Source: an uncultured Chloroflexota bacterium (GTDB lineage Bacteria > Chloroflexota > Anaerolineae > Anaerolineales > Villigracilaceae). Taken from it: a DNA stretch of 64,000 nucleotides. Every line of letters begins with the position of its first letter. Within the stretch, counting starts at the first letter, position 1. The notes under the pieces are model-generated. The model saw only the letters and a list, made by a program, of their open reading frames with translations, was not told the DNA's origin and searched no databases. Below are positions 1-9,859 of this stretch, one piece after another. The DNA lies in the NCBI GenBank assembly GCA_903914955.1, contig CAIWRB010000205.1:6208-70207 (forward strand), read 5' to 3'. A program made the translations under genes and the position numbers.

Positions 1-1214
1 ACCAGCACAGGTCCAAAAATTTCTTCCTGTACCGTTGACGCCGCGGGGTCGAGACCTGTAATGAGCGTGGGTTTATAAAACAGCCCTTTTTCGGGCAACT
101 GAATATTCGGCTGAAAACATTCGCCGCCTTCCGCGATGCCCGTCTTCACCCAACCATCAATCGTGTCCCATTGCGACTGATCGACGATCGCGCCCATGTC
201 GATACATTTATCGAGCGGGTCGCCCACACGCATATGCTCCATGCGAGATTTTAATTTTTGGATGAACTTCCCTGCGATATTTTCCTGCACGATCAGCCTT
301 GATCCTGCGCAACAAACCTGCCCCTGATTAAACCAGATCGCATCAACCACGCCTTCAACTGCTCCATCCAAATCAGCATCGTCAAACACGACAAAGGGAC
401 TCTTACCCCCCAACTCGAGCGACAATTTCTTGCCAGAGCCGGCAGTCTGCTGACGGAGCGTACGCCCGACATCGGTGGAACCTGTGAAGGCGATTTTATC
501 CACATCGGGATGCGCAACAATCATCGAGCCTGCACTGCTGCTGCCCGTGATGACATTGACCACGCCCGCGGGCAACCCCGCTTCGGCGACAATTTCAGCA
601 AACAACAACGCCGTGAGACGAGTGTAAGAAGCGGGCTTGAGGACAACCGTGTTTCCCATTGCGATTGCGGGCGCGATCTTCCATGCCAACATCAACAGCG
701 GAAAATTCCACGGGATGATCTGCCCGACCACGCCAACAGGTTGATAATCGCACAGTTCAGTTTCCATCAACTGCGCCCAGCCCGCATAATAGTAAAAGTG
801 ACGCGCCAACAATGGCACATCGATATCACGCGACTCGCGAATCGGCTTGCCATTATCCATGGACTCAAGCACCGCCAGCAAGCGCGAATGTTTCTGAAGG
901 TTGCGCGCAATCGCATAAAGATAACGAGCCCGCACCACGCCAGGGGTCTTGCTCCAAATTTTGAACGCATCACGCGCCGCAGCGACCGCCGCATCCACTT
1001 CCTTTTGTCCAGCTTGCGTAGTCTCCGCCAGCAACTCCCCGTTCGCTGGATTAATAGATGAATAAAATTTCGCGCCCTTCGGCGTCACCCATTCATTATT
1101 AATGAAGAGGCCAAATTTACGATTGTGATCGTCCAGCCAAGCGTTGACAGCGTCAGGCGCTTCGGGCGCAGGTCCGTATTCCATAGTGTTGAAGATTTTA
1201 AGAATTTTGCTCAT
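1..1214 (-). CDS. Aldehyde dehydrogenase family protein (runs off the left edge; absent from the ORF track)
   Basis: Manual translation from ATG at 1214 (MSKILKIFNTMEYGPAPE...) gives GVVGQIIPWNFPLL, FTGST, LELGGKSP, NQGQVCCAGSR and EEIFGPV motifs; frame open to the window edge. Confidence 0.93.
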   Translation of the reverse strand, partial: MSKILKIFNTMEYGPAPEAPDAVNAWLDDHNRKFGLFINNEWVTPKGAKFYSSINPANGELLAETTQAGQKEVDAAVAAARDAFKIWSKTPGVVRARYLYAIARNLQKHSRLLAVLESMDNGKPIRESRDIDVPLLARHFYYYAGWAQLMETELCDYQPVGVVGQIIPWNFPLLMLAWKIAPAIAMGNTVVLKPASYTRLTALLFAEIVAEAGLPAGVVNVITGSSSAGSMIVAHPDVDKIAFTGSTDVGRTLRQQTAGSGKKLSLELGGKSPFVVFDDADLDGAVEGVVDAIWFNQGQVCCAGSRLIVQENIAGKFIQKLKSRMEHMRVGDPLDKCIDMGAIVDQSQWDTIDGWVKTGIAEGGECFQPNIQLPEKGLFYKPTLITGLDPAASTVQEEIFGPVL

Positions 1215-1230
1215 GATTTTATCCAATCTC

Positions 1231-1278
1231 GGTGGCCGGGTAGCCCCGAGTGTTTTTCGAGGGGCGTATCGAGGCTAC
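1231..1278 (-). repeat. REP-like palindromic element, copy A
   Basis: Reverse complement gtagcctcgatacgcccctcgaaaaacactcggggctacccggccacc aligns by eye with 44523-44566; outer stem gtagcc/ggctac. Confidence 0.65.
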
Positions 1279-1334
1279 AAATTCCAGGTAAATTTGTTAT
1301 TTCAATATGTACATCCAACTTATGGTCTCAATAC

Positions 1335-1355
1335 GGCGGCGACGAACACGCCGCC
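1335..1355. other. GC-rich hairpin between deoC and the aldehyde dehydrogenase gene
   Basis: GGCGGCG-acgaaca-CGCCGCC perfect 7-bp stem; no U-tract. Confidence 0.45.
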
Positions 1356-1377
1356 TACTCGGCCATCGGAATTCTCT

Positions 1378-2340
1378 TTATCCCATCGGCATGTGATGTT
1401 TCGCCGCGTAGTGGCCTGTGATGTAGTGATACAACTGCCGCTCGATGTCGGTCAATAGGCTGCTTGCGCCAATGCGGAACAAGTTATTCATCAGCCATTC
1501 ATCGCCGAGTTCTTCCTTCATCAGTGATTGCCACGCCATCGCCTGTTTCGCAGAACTAATTCCACCCGCGGGCTTGAATCCAACTTTGTAGCCGAAGCGA
1601 TCCAAATAATCGCGGATGGCACGCGTCATCACCAAGCTGAATTCCAACGTGGCATTGACTGTTTCCTTGCCCGTGGATGTCTTGATAAAGTCCGAACCTG
1701 CCATCATTGCCACGAGGCTGGCTTGATAGACCTGTTTAAGCGAACCCAAATCACCTGTCGCCAAAATCGTTTTCATGTGAGCCGAATCACCACAGGCAGC
1801 ACGGAATTGTTTGAGTTCATCGTAGAGGGAATTCCAATCGCCGGTTAAAACATGGTTGCGGGAAATGACCACGTCAATTTCGCGCGCGCCTGCTTCGACG
1901 GCTTGCTCGATCTCCTGAATTCGCTGCGGCAGAGGAGTCTGCCCCGCAGGAAAACCTGTCGCGACAGAAGCAACTGGAATGTTAGAACCTTGAAGCGCCA
2001 GCACTGCATCCGCAACACGGTTGGGATAAACACACACCGCGCCGACGGTGATCTTCTCGCCATCGAGTCCAAGTTTTGCCAGCATGTCCGCGCGGATCGG
2101 ATTTCTGGCTTTGGCGCATAATCTTTTCACGCGCCCTGGCGTGTCATCGCCCGCGAGGGTGGTCAGGTCTATGCAAGTGAGGGCGCGCAGAAGCCAGGCC
2201 GCCTGCCAGTCTTTTTTGACGGTGCGGCGTCCAGTCAATGTGGCGGTGCGCCGTTCGACCGCGCTTTTGTTGACGTGCGCGCCCATCACCCAGTCAAGGT
2301 CAAGAGGCGTGCCGGAATTTCGATTGTTTTGGGAAATCAT
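1378..2340 (-). CDS. deoC: Deoxyribose-phosphate aldolase, long eukaryote-like form
   Basis: IDLTTLAGDDT, VATGFPAGQ, EIDVVI, FIKTSTGK and GFKPAGGI motifs. Confidence 0.95.
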   Translation of the reverse strand: MISQNNRNSGTPLDLDWVMGAHVNKSAVERRTATLTGRRTVKKDWQAAWLLRALTCIDLTTLAGDDTPGRVKRLCAKARNPIRADMLAKLGLDGEKITVGAVCVYPNRVADAVLALQGSNIPVASVATGFPAGQTPLPQRIQEIEQAVEAGAREIDVVISRNHVLTGDWNSLYDELKQFRAACGDSAHMKTILATGDLGSLKQVYQASLVAMMAGSDFIKTSTGKETVNATLEFSLVMTRAIRDYLDRFGYKVGFKPAGGISSAKQAMAWQSLMKEELGDEWLMNNLFRIGASSLLTDIERQLYHYITGHYAAKHHMPMG

Positions 2341-2352
2341 GGGAGGAACCTT

Positions 2353-2658
2353 TTATTTTTTATTTTCATCAAACCATTCTGAAGGATTTGCGCCTTGTTG
2401 AGTTTTCCATTCATCAATAACCTGCTTATATATCTCGGGCAGATGATACCGCATAGATGCAACTAGTCCAGCATATCGTCTAAAAACGGTACGGTCAGGT
2501 TTCTGATGGTTATTTAAATCTTCATGAATGATCTTGAGGAAAACCAAAGCCAAGTCCGCTGTCAGCGTCTGGGAGTCAAACAACAACTGAAAAAAATTCA
2601 GCTTATCTTTTATGGTAGAGTTGCGGAACAATTCTTTGCGTTTTGATGAAGCAGCCAT
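2353..2658 (-). CDS. Hypothetical protein (101 aa)
   Basis: ORF with AGGAG-type RBS upstream, co-oriented with deoC; no recognisable motif. Confidence 0.6.
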   Translation of the reverse strand: MAASSKRKELFRNSTIKDKLNFFQLLFDSQTLTADLALVFLKIIHEDLNNHQKPDRTVFRRYAGLVASMRYHLPEIYKQVIDEWKTQQGANPSEWFDENKK

Positions 2659-2743
2659 CTTCGGTGAAAACTCCTAGTATCTTCCATATTATACAGTGAT
2701 TGCCAGAATCTCTTTGCGCTATAATTCAAAAAGGAATTTAAAA

Positions 2744-3280
2744 ATGACACACAACCTGACTCCCCCAACCAAGGAAGAGTACGCTCCATTTTATTCTGAT
2801 TACATCCAGCGCGCAATTTCTAGAAACGATGTGATCGCAGCCCTCGCTCAACAAGTTGACGAAATCAGAGCTGCGCTTGGAAATCTTTCTGACCAGCAAG
2901 CCCGCTTCAAATTCGGACCTTTGGAATGGTCCATTAAAGAAGTGCTCGGCCATCTGATAGATGGAGAGCGCGTTTTCTCCTATCGCCTCTTGCGAATCTC
3001 ACGCAATGACCAGACTCCGCTGCCAGGCTTTGAGCAGGAGGATTATGTCCGCGAAGCTGGGTTTGACAACTCTGCACTCGATGATCTGATCAGCGAGTTT
3101 GAATTCCTGCGCCGCGCTAATATTCTCGCCATAAAGAACATGAGCGACGAATCTGTCTCGCGGCTCGGCACAGCCAGCGGAGTGACCGTCAGCGCGCGGG
3201 CATTGATCTACATGCTGGTCGGCCACGTAGAGCACCACATGGCAAGTCTGCACGAGAATTATCTGGCCAAATTGAAATAA
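2744..3280 (+). CDS. DinB/YfiT-like (DinB_2) family protein
   Basis: WSIKEVLGHLIDGERVF and VGHVEHH metal-binding His pattern; start at ATG 2744 after AAGGA. Confidence 0.85.
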   Translation: MTHNLTPPTKEEYAPFYSDYIQRAISRNDVIAALAQQVDEIRAALGNLSDQQARFKFGPLEWSIKEVLGHLIDGERVFSYRLLRISRNDQTPLPGFEQEDYVREAGFDNSALDDLISEFEFLRRANILAIKNMSDESVSRLGTASGVTVSARALIYMLVGHVEHHMASLHENYLAKLK

Positions 3281-3350
3281 CATAGCAATTATGAAGTTCT
3301 TCTAGGAATTTTGGAGAACTTCTCATTTTAAAAATAAACCGAGGTAACCT

Positions 3351-3860
3351 ATGAAATCAGAAGAACTGCGCGCCATCCAAACTCCGCTTAAGGAAAAGTA
3401 TCGGGAAGATCCTGAAAAAGCTTTAATTACTCTCAAAGCAGAGGGAAAAATTGGTGAAGGTATTACCTGTAAAGTTGAAACCGGCAAAGCACTGATCGAA
3501 GCGGGTTTGCATGAAGCTACCGGCGGGACAGGATTGACAATTTGTTCAGGAGACTTGTTGTTGGAGGCACTGGTAGCCTGCGCAGGTGTGACTTTGAACG
3601 CGGTCGCGAGCGCAATTGGTGTGGAGCTTTTTAGCGCCACCGTCCGCGCCGAGGGAGATCTTGATTTCCGCGGCACACTTGGAGTAACCAAGGATGTACA
3701 GGTTGGATTTCAAAACATCCGCATCTACTTTGACCTGAGCACAAACGCAAACCAAGAACAACTTGCATCCCTCAAAAAATTGACAGAACGCTATTGCGTT
3801 GTTTATCAAACTCTTGTCCAATCTCCAAAGATCGAGACAAGTTTCCTTACTGTCACATAA
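3351..3860 (+). CDS. OsmC family protein
   Basis: CSGDLLLEALVACAGVT, EGDLDFRGTLG and TERYCVVYQTL two-Cys OsmC pattern. Confidence 0.85.
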   Translation: MKSEELRAIQTPLKEKYREDPEKALITLKAEGKIGEGITCKVETGKALIEAGLHEATGGTGLTICSGDLLLEALVACAGVTLNAVASAIGVELFSATVRAEGDLDFRGTLGVTKDVQVGFQNIRIYFDLSTNANQEQLASLKKLTERYCVVYQTLVQSPKIETSFLTVT

Positions 3861-3912
3861 CACGGCAAGACTTATACCATAAGCAGATTCTTACAATTTA
3901 CAGGAGAATAAC

Positions 3913-5973
3913 ATGTCATCATTTCCTATTGCGCCAAAACACCCGCACGAAATCGCCCAGCATGGTCAGACCCGTGTTGATAATTATTATTGGATGCGCG
4001 ACAGGAACGATCCTGAAACGATGAAACACCTGCGCGCCGAAAGCGATTATCTCGAAGAGATCATGCAGCACACAAAGCCGTTGCAGGAAAAATTATTTAC
4101 CGAAATGAAGGCGCGCATCAAAGAAGACGATTCAACTGTCCCTGCGAAAAGTGGTGGATATTTTTATTACGAACGCCACGAAGAAGGAAAACAGTATCCC
4201 ATCTTTTGCCGCAAACAAGGCGTGCTTGATTCAGCCGAAGAGATTTTGCTCGACCAGAATCAACTGGCAGAGGGTAAAACTTTTTGCAGCGTCGGCGCGT
4301 TCTCGGTCAGTCCCGATGGGAATAAGTTGGTCTATTCGGTTGATTATGGCGGACGTGAAATTTACACTCTCCATCTCAAAGATTTGAAAAGCGGAAAGCT
4401 GTATCCCGAAATGATCGAAAATACATCAGGTAGCGCTTACGAACACGGCGGCACTGAATGGGCAAACGACAACGAGACTTTTTTATATATCACTTTGGAT
4501 GACGCACAGCGACCCTGCAAATTATATCGGCATAAACTTGGCACTGACCCCGCGCAGGATGTGCTCATCTTCCACGAGCAGGATGAAACTTATTTCCTGT
4601 TCATGTTCAAAACGCGTGACGAAGCGTATATCATGACCTATCACTACAGCACCACAACACGCGAAATGCGTTTTCTCTCTGCTGATCATCCTGAGGAATA
4701 TCTGCGTGTGCTGCAACCCCGCATAAATGGGTTGGAATATTATGCCGCGCATCACAACGGAAATTTTTTCATTGTCCATAATGATAATGCGAAGAATTTC
4801 AAATTAAGTGTTGCGCCTTTGGGAAAACCCGAAAAGGAAAACTGGCGGGAGGTTATCCCCCACCGCGCAGATGTCCTCGTGGATGGCGTGGACACGTTCG
4901 CAGACTTTGTCGTTGTCCATGAGCGCAAGGGCGGGCTCAAACAACTTCGTATCAGCGCGCCCGATGGATTGGGGAACGTACGTTATGTACAATTCCCCGA
5001 GCCGGCCTATAACGTCAACCTTGAAACCAACCCTGAATTCAAAACAAATCTTCTGCGTTTTAATTATTCATCATTGATCACGCCCAATTCAATCATAGAT
5101 TATCACGTGGACAGCGCAGAATGGGAGTTAAAAAAAGAGGATGAGATCCCAAGCGGTTACGATAAGACGCAATATATATCCGAAAGAATCCATGCCACTG
5201 CTTCAGATGGCACACAAGTTCCAATTTCAATTGTCTACAAAAAGGGCTTGAATAAAGATGGGAATAATCCCACCCTGCTTTATGGATATGGTTCATACGG
5301 CGCGACCATAGACGCGACGTTTAGTTCCAACCGCTTCAGCCTGCTTGAGCGTGGATTCGTGTTCGCCATCGGACACATCCGCGGCGGCTCAGATATGGGG
5401 CGCGAATGGTACGAAGACGGCAAGATGCTCAACAAAAAAAATACTTTTACTGATTTCATCGCCAGCGCCGAGCATCTGATCAAGGCTGGATTCACATCCC
5501 CGCAAAAACTTGCCATCATGGGCGGTTCCGCTGGCGGATTGCTTGTCGGCGCGTGCGTCACCATGCGGCCTGACCTGTTCAAAGCCGTGATCTGCAAAGT
5601 TCCATTTGTGGATGTAGTCACCACCATGAGCGATCCGACAATTCCACTAACCACGCTCGAATATGATCAATGGGGCAATCCCGAAGACAGGGAATATTTC
5701 GACTATATGATGACGTACTCACCTTATAATAATATTCGCGCCACGGAATATCCGCATATGCTCATCACTACGGGTCTCAACGATCCACGTGTTGCTTATT
5801 GGGAACCTGCCAAATTCGCAGCCAAACTCCGTGAGATGAAAACGGATGATAACCTGATCATGATGTATACCAACTATGATTCAGGTCATGCGGGAGCGAG
5901 CGGACGATATGATTTCCTGAAAGAGATCGCTCAAGATTATGCGTTTTTGCTGGATAAACTTGATGTGAAGTAA
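3913..5973 (+). CDS. ptrB: S9 family peptidase, oligopeptidase B type
   Basis: DNYYWMRD N-terminus, HIRGG, GGSAGG nucleophile elbow, GLNDPRV, SGHAG catalytic His. Confidence 0.92.
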   Translation: MSSFPIAPKHPHEIAQHGQTRVDNYYWMRDRNDPETMKHLRAESDYLEEIMQHTKPLQEKLFTEMKARIKEDDSTVPAKSGGYFYYERHEEGKQYPIFCRKQGVLDSAEEILLDQNQLAEGKTFCSVGAFSVSPDGNKLVYSVDYGGREIYTLHLKDLKSGKLYPEMIENTSGSAYEHGGTEWANDNETFLYITLDDAQRPCKLYRHKLGTDPAQDVLIFHEQDETYFLFMFKTRDEAYIMTYHYSTTTREMRFLSADHPEEYLRVLQPRINGLEYYAAHHNGNFFIVHNDNAKNFKLSVAPLGKPEKENWREVIPHRADVLVDGVDTFADFVVVHERKGGLKQLRISAPDGLGNVRYVQFPEPAYNVNLETNPEFKTNLLRFNYSSLITPNSIIDYHVDSAEWELKKEDEIPSGYDKTQYISERIHATASDGTQVPISIVYKKGLNKDGNNPTLLYGYGSYGATIDATFSSNRFSLLERGFVFAIGHIRGGSDMGREWYEDGKMLNKKNTFTDFIASAEHLIKAGFTSPQKLAIMGGSAGGLLVGACVTMRPDLFKAVICKVPFVDVVTTMSDPTIPLTTLEYDQWGNPEDREYFDYMMTYSPYNNIRATEYPHMLITTGLNDPRVAYWEPAKFAAKLREMKTDDNLIMMYTNYDSGHAGASGRYDFLKEIAQDYAFLLDKLDVK

Positions 5974-5974
5974 C

Positions 5975-6012
5975 AAAAAAACTTCCGAGAAATTTAGCTC
6001 GGAAGTTTTTTT
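5975..6012. terminator. Bidirectional intrinsic terminator / REP-like palindrome
   Basis: AAAAAAACTTCCGAG-aaatttag-CTCGGAAGTTTTTTT between convergent ptrB and gltA. Confidence 0.85.
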
Positions 6013-6030
6013 GTGCCTATTGAAATCTAA

Positions 6031-7353
6031 TTACGCGGGCTGGACAGCGGCTTTTGCGACCACATCTTCCAGCATCTTCGTGGTGAGGGATTTCGGTCGT
6101 TCAAGGGGCATGCCAAGAGCGCGCGCCCAAACGTAGTTTGCGGTCACGCCAAGCGCACGGCCAACTCCGAACAACACAGTATAAAAATCAAAATCGCGCA
6201 CGCCGTAGTAATACTGCAAAGTGCCAGAGATCGCATCCACATTCGGGGCGGGATTCTTGGCTTTGCCTTGTTCGCGGAGAACGGCGGGAACCACGTCAAA
6301 AACCATGTCGGCCAGGCGGATGAGTTCGTCTTCGGGGAAGCGCTTCTTGGCGAATTCCATTTGCGCGGTGAAGCGTGGATCAGGCACACGCAAAACGGCG
6401 TGACCATAACCGGGGATGACATGTCCGCCGTTGAGGGTGTCCCATGCGAATTTGTACAAATCTTCGCGGGAGGGAACGCCGCCAAATTTCTGGTGAACTT
6501 CCATCAACCAACCAAGGCACTCTTGATTTGCAAGACCATGCAAAGGTCCAGCGAGACCGTTAAGCGAGGCGGAGAAGGAAAGATACGGATCGGAGAGAGC
6601 GGATCCAACGAGGTGCATGGTATGGGCTGAGACATTCCCAGCCTCGTGATCACTGTGCAAAATGAAATACAAGCGGGCGAGTTCAGAATAACCCTTCTTG
6701 TCAGAGATCTTCATCATCTTGGAAAAGTTCGCGCCGTAATCCAATTTGGCACTGTACTTCGGCTTGGATGTTTCTCCAAAATATTTCATGCGATAAATGA
6801 ATGCGGCAACGATCGGAAGTTTCGCAGTCAGGTCGAGGCTGTCTTCGAGGGCAGCTTCCCAATACGCATCCTTCTTCATGCTGTGATATCTGCTGGCGAA
6901 GACCGAACCGTTCTGCAAAGCGAGAACCGCCTGCGAGAAAAGCGTCATCGGGTGAGTCTCTTTCGGCATGGTCTTGAGCATCTTGAAAACATAATCAGGC
7001 ACAGCCGAGCGCTTCGCCCATTCTGCTTCCACTTCGAGAGCCTGTTCCTTGGTGGGAACTTCGCCGATCATCAACAGGTAATACAAGCCGCCGACCAACG
7101 GCATTTTATTGGCGCGACCTTTGGGAAGCGCCTTCAACAATTCGGGGATGGACAAACCGCGGAAGCGAATCCCTTCGGCTGGATCAACATAAGAAATATC
7201 GGACATAAGTGATTTAATGTCGCGCATACCGCCGACGATCTGACCTACGGTGACGTCTGCCACTTTTACTTCAGCATGTTCCTTCGAAAGGGACTTAATT
7301 CGTTCGCGCCACGCGGGCAGTTGAGCAGACATTTTTTCGTGAAGAATCATCAT
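6031..7353 (-). CDS. gltA: Citrate (Si)-synthase, eukaryote-like type
   Basis: LHSDHEAGNVSAH, GLAGPLHGLANQE, IPGYGHAVLR and PNVDA motifs. Confidence 0.95.
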   Translation of the reverse strand: MMILHEKMSAQLPAWRERIKSLSKEHAEVKVADVTVGQIVGGMRDIKSLMSDISYVDPAEGIRFRGLSIPELLKALPKGRANKMPLVGGLYYLLMIGEVPTKEQALEVEAEWAKRSAVPDYVFKMLKTMPKETHPMTLFSQAVLALQNGSVFASRYHSMKKDAYWEAALEDSLDLTAKLPIVAAFIYRMKYFGETSKPKYSAKLDYGANFSKMMKISDKKGYSELARLYFILHSDHEAGNVSAHTMHLVGSALSDPYLSFSASLNGLAGPLHGLANQECLGWLMEVHQKFGGVPSREDLYKFAWDTLNGGHVIPGYGHAVLRVPDPRFTAQMEFAKKRFPEDELIRLADMVFDVVPAVLREQGKAKNPAPNVDAISGTLQYYYGVRDFDFYTVLFGVGRALGVTANYVWARALGMPLERPKSLTTKMLEDVVAKAAVQPA

Positions 7354-7382
7354 TAACTCCTATTTATTTTTTCTAGTCAATA

Positions 7383-7431
7383 GTTGAAGGTCGAAAGTCG
7401 GTCTTTCGACCTTTGACTTTCGACCTTCAAC
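7383..7431. repeat. Palindrome built from heptamer repeats between mdh and gltA
   Basis: 17-bp perfect inverted repeat gttgaaggtcgaaagtc / gactttcgaccttcaac; units GAAGGTC/GAAAGTC and their complements. Confidence 0.8.
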
Positions 7432-7436
7432 AAGAT

Positions 7437-8426
<990 letters not shown>

Positions 8427-8434
8427 TCAAAAGT

Positions 8435-8470
8435 ACAAAATGTCACATGTTTTGACACACAAAATGACAA
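8435..8470. promoter_or_regulatory. Candidate operator upstream of mdh-gltA
   Basis: Inverted repeat TGTCA-N7-TGACA (8441-8457) overlapping near-direct repeats acaaaatgtca / acaaaatgaca. Confidence 0.35.
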
Positions 8471-8483
8471 AATTGGCCTAAAA

Positions 8484-8518
8484 AAGGCCTCCTTTGTGCC
8501 GATTTGGCAGGAGACCTT
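8484..8518 (-). terminator. Intrinsic terminator downstream of trxB
   Basis: aaggcctcct...aggagacctt stem with inner tgcc/ggca; A-run on + gives a U-tract on the minus transcript. Confidence 0.65.
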
Positions 8519-8634
8519 CTAATTACTCGATTGGAAAACGCATCACTGCAGACTAACGAGAGGAATCTTCAAGATTAGATTTCACCACTAATGCGAATCA
8601 ACCACCCGTCAAATGCACCGCTTCCTGCTTAACG

Positions 8635-9576
8635 TTAGGCTGATTCAGCTTCGAGAAAACGAGTCGCCTGAATGGCCGCCGCCGCGCCCATCCCCGCTGA
8701 TGTGATCACCTGGCGGAAATGAGGGTCAGCGATTTCTCCAGCCGCGTATACACCCGGAATATTTGTTTCCATTTTGTCGTTGATAATGACATAACCCAGA
8801 TCGCTCATTTCCAATTGACCTTTGAACATTTGTGTGTTCGGCACATGCCCAATAAAAACAAAGAAACCATCCGTATCAAAAGTGGATTCAACGGCGGTCT
8901 TCACATTTCTCAATTTCAAAGTTGTGACCTTATCCGAACCGATAACTTCTGTCACTACTGTATCGAGGATAAAATTCATCTTTGGGTGTTCTTTTGCACG
9001 CTTCTGCAAAACGGAGCTCGCCCTGAATTCGTCGCGGCGATGGATCACAGTCACGGAGGATGCGTAGCGCGTAATAAAGAGACCTTCTTCGAGCGCAGAG
9101 TCGCCGCCGCCCACGATCACAACTTTCTTATCCTTGAAGAACCAGCCGTCACAAGTGGCGCAATACGAAACACCGCGGCCAGTTAGCTCAACTTCGCCGG
9201 GAATATTTAGATGGGTTGGATTCGCACCTGTAGTGAGAATCAATGTGTCAGCGAGATATTCGCCGTTATCAGATGTCACCTTGTAAGGCCGCTTTGACAG
9301 ATCCACCTCGTACGCCATACCAAACTCCACTTTCGCGCCAAAGTTTTCAGCTTGCTTTTGGAACAACTCACCCAACTCCGGTCCGCCCACGCCTGTTGGA
9401 AAACCTGGATAATTTTCAATGGTGTGCGTCAGCGCGGCTTGACCGCCCAACTGCATCCCCGTCAACACAACCGGCTCAAGTTCCGCACGCGCCGCATATA
9501 GCGCCGCTGATAACCCCGCAGGTCCCGCTCCCAATACTAAAACTTTCACATGTTTTTCATTATTGTTGGTAGACAT
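8635..9576 (-). CDS. trxB: Thioredoxin reductase
   Basis: GAGPAG, GVSYCATCDG redox motif, GGGDSALEEG, HRRDEFRAS. Confidence 0.96.
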   Translation of the reverse strand: MSTNNNEKHVKVLVLGAGPAGLSAALYAARAELEPVVLTGMQLGGQAALTHTIENYPGFPTGVGGPELGELFQKQAENFGAKVEFGMAYEVDLSKRPYKVTSDNGEYLADTLILTTGANPTHLNIPGEVELTGRGVSYCATCDGWFFKDKKVVIVGGGDSALEEGLFITRYASSVTVIHRRDEFRASSVLQKRAKEHPKMNFILDTVVTEVIGSDKVTTLKLRNVKTAVESTFDTDGFFVFIGHVPNTQMFKGQLEMSDLGYVIINDKMETNIPGVYAAGEIADPHFRQVITSAGMGAAAAIQATRFLEAESA

Positions 9577-9665
9577 TATTGTTTCCTATTAGGTGAAGTT
9601 TACCTTTGATATTTTTATCAACCATATTCAGGACGATGCTTTGTCTCAGGTTATTACTGTCACGC

Positions 9666-9674
9666 ATTGTATCA
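9666..9674 (-). promoter_or_regulatory. Candidate extended -10 promoter element for trxB
   Basis: TGATACAAT on the minus strand, with TTTTCA 17 bp upstream of the TACAAT hexamer. Confidence 0.4.
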
Positions 9675-9738
9675 GATGCCAGAAAACGTGAAAAGTTACA
9701 AGCAGACAACTCTGGAGTCGCCCGCGCTGAATTTTTTT

Positions 9739-9814
9739 CTTACACTTCTCTTACAAGGTCTCCACAATCTCTCACTCACCCTTCCACAATTCCTCCACAA
9801 TGGATTGCTATTAT
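9739..9814 (+). promoter_or_regulatory. 11-bp-phased direct repeats plus extended -10 (OmpR-family box candidate)
   Basis: ACA cores at 9742, 9753, 9764, 9786, 9797 (TCCACAAT x3, CTTACA x2), followed by TGCTATTAT at 9806-9814. Confidence 0.65.
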
Positions 9815-9859
9815 AAGGGCGAAAGAACAAATCAAATCAATCACCTATTGGAGGTAAAA

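Noticed and set aside
510-1061. 183-aa + strand ORF
   Set aside because: Antisense shadow of the aldehyde dehydrogenase, whose minus-strand frame carries all family motifs.
1357-1368. Minus-strand ATG GCC GAG TAG micro-ORF after deoC
   Set aside because: Three codons, no RBS; expected by chance.
6646-7212. 188-aa + strand ORF
   Set aside because: Lies wholly antisense to citrate synthase; no motifs.
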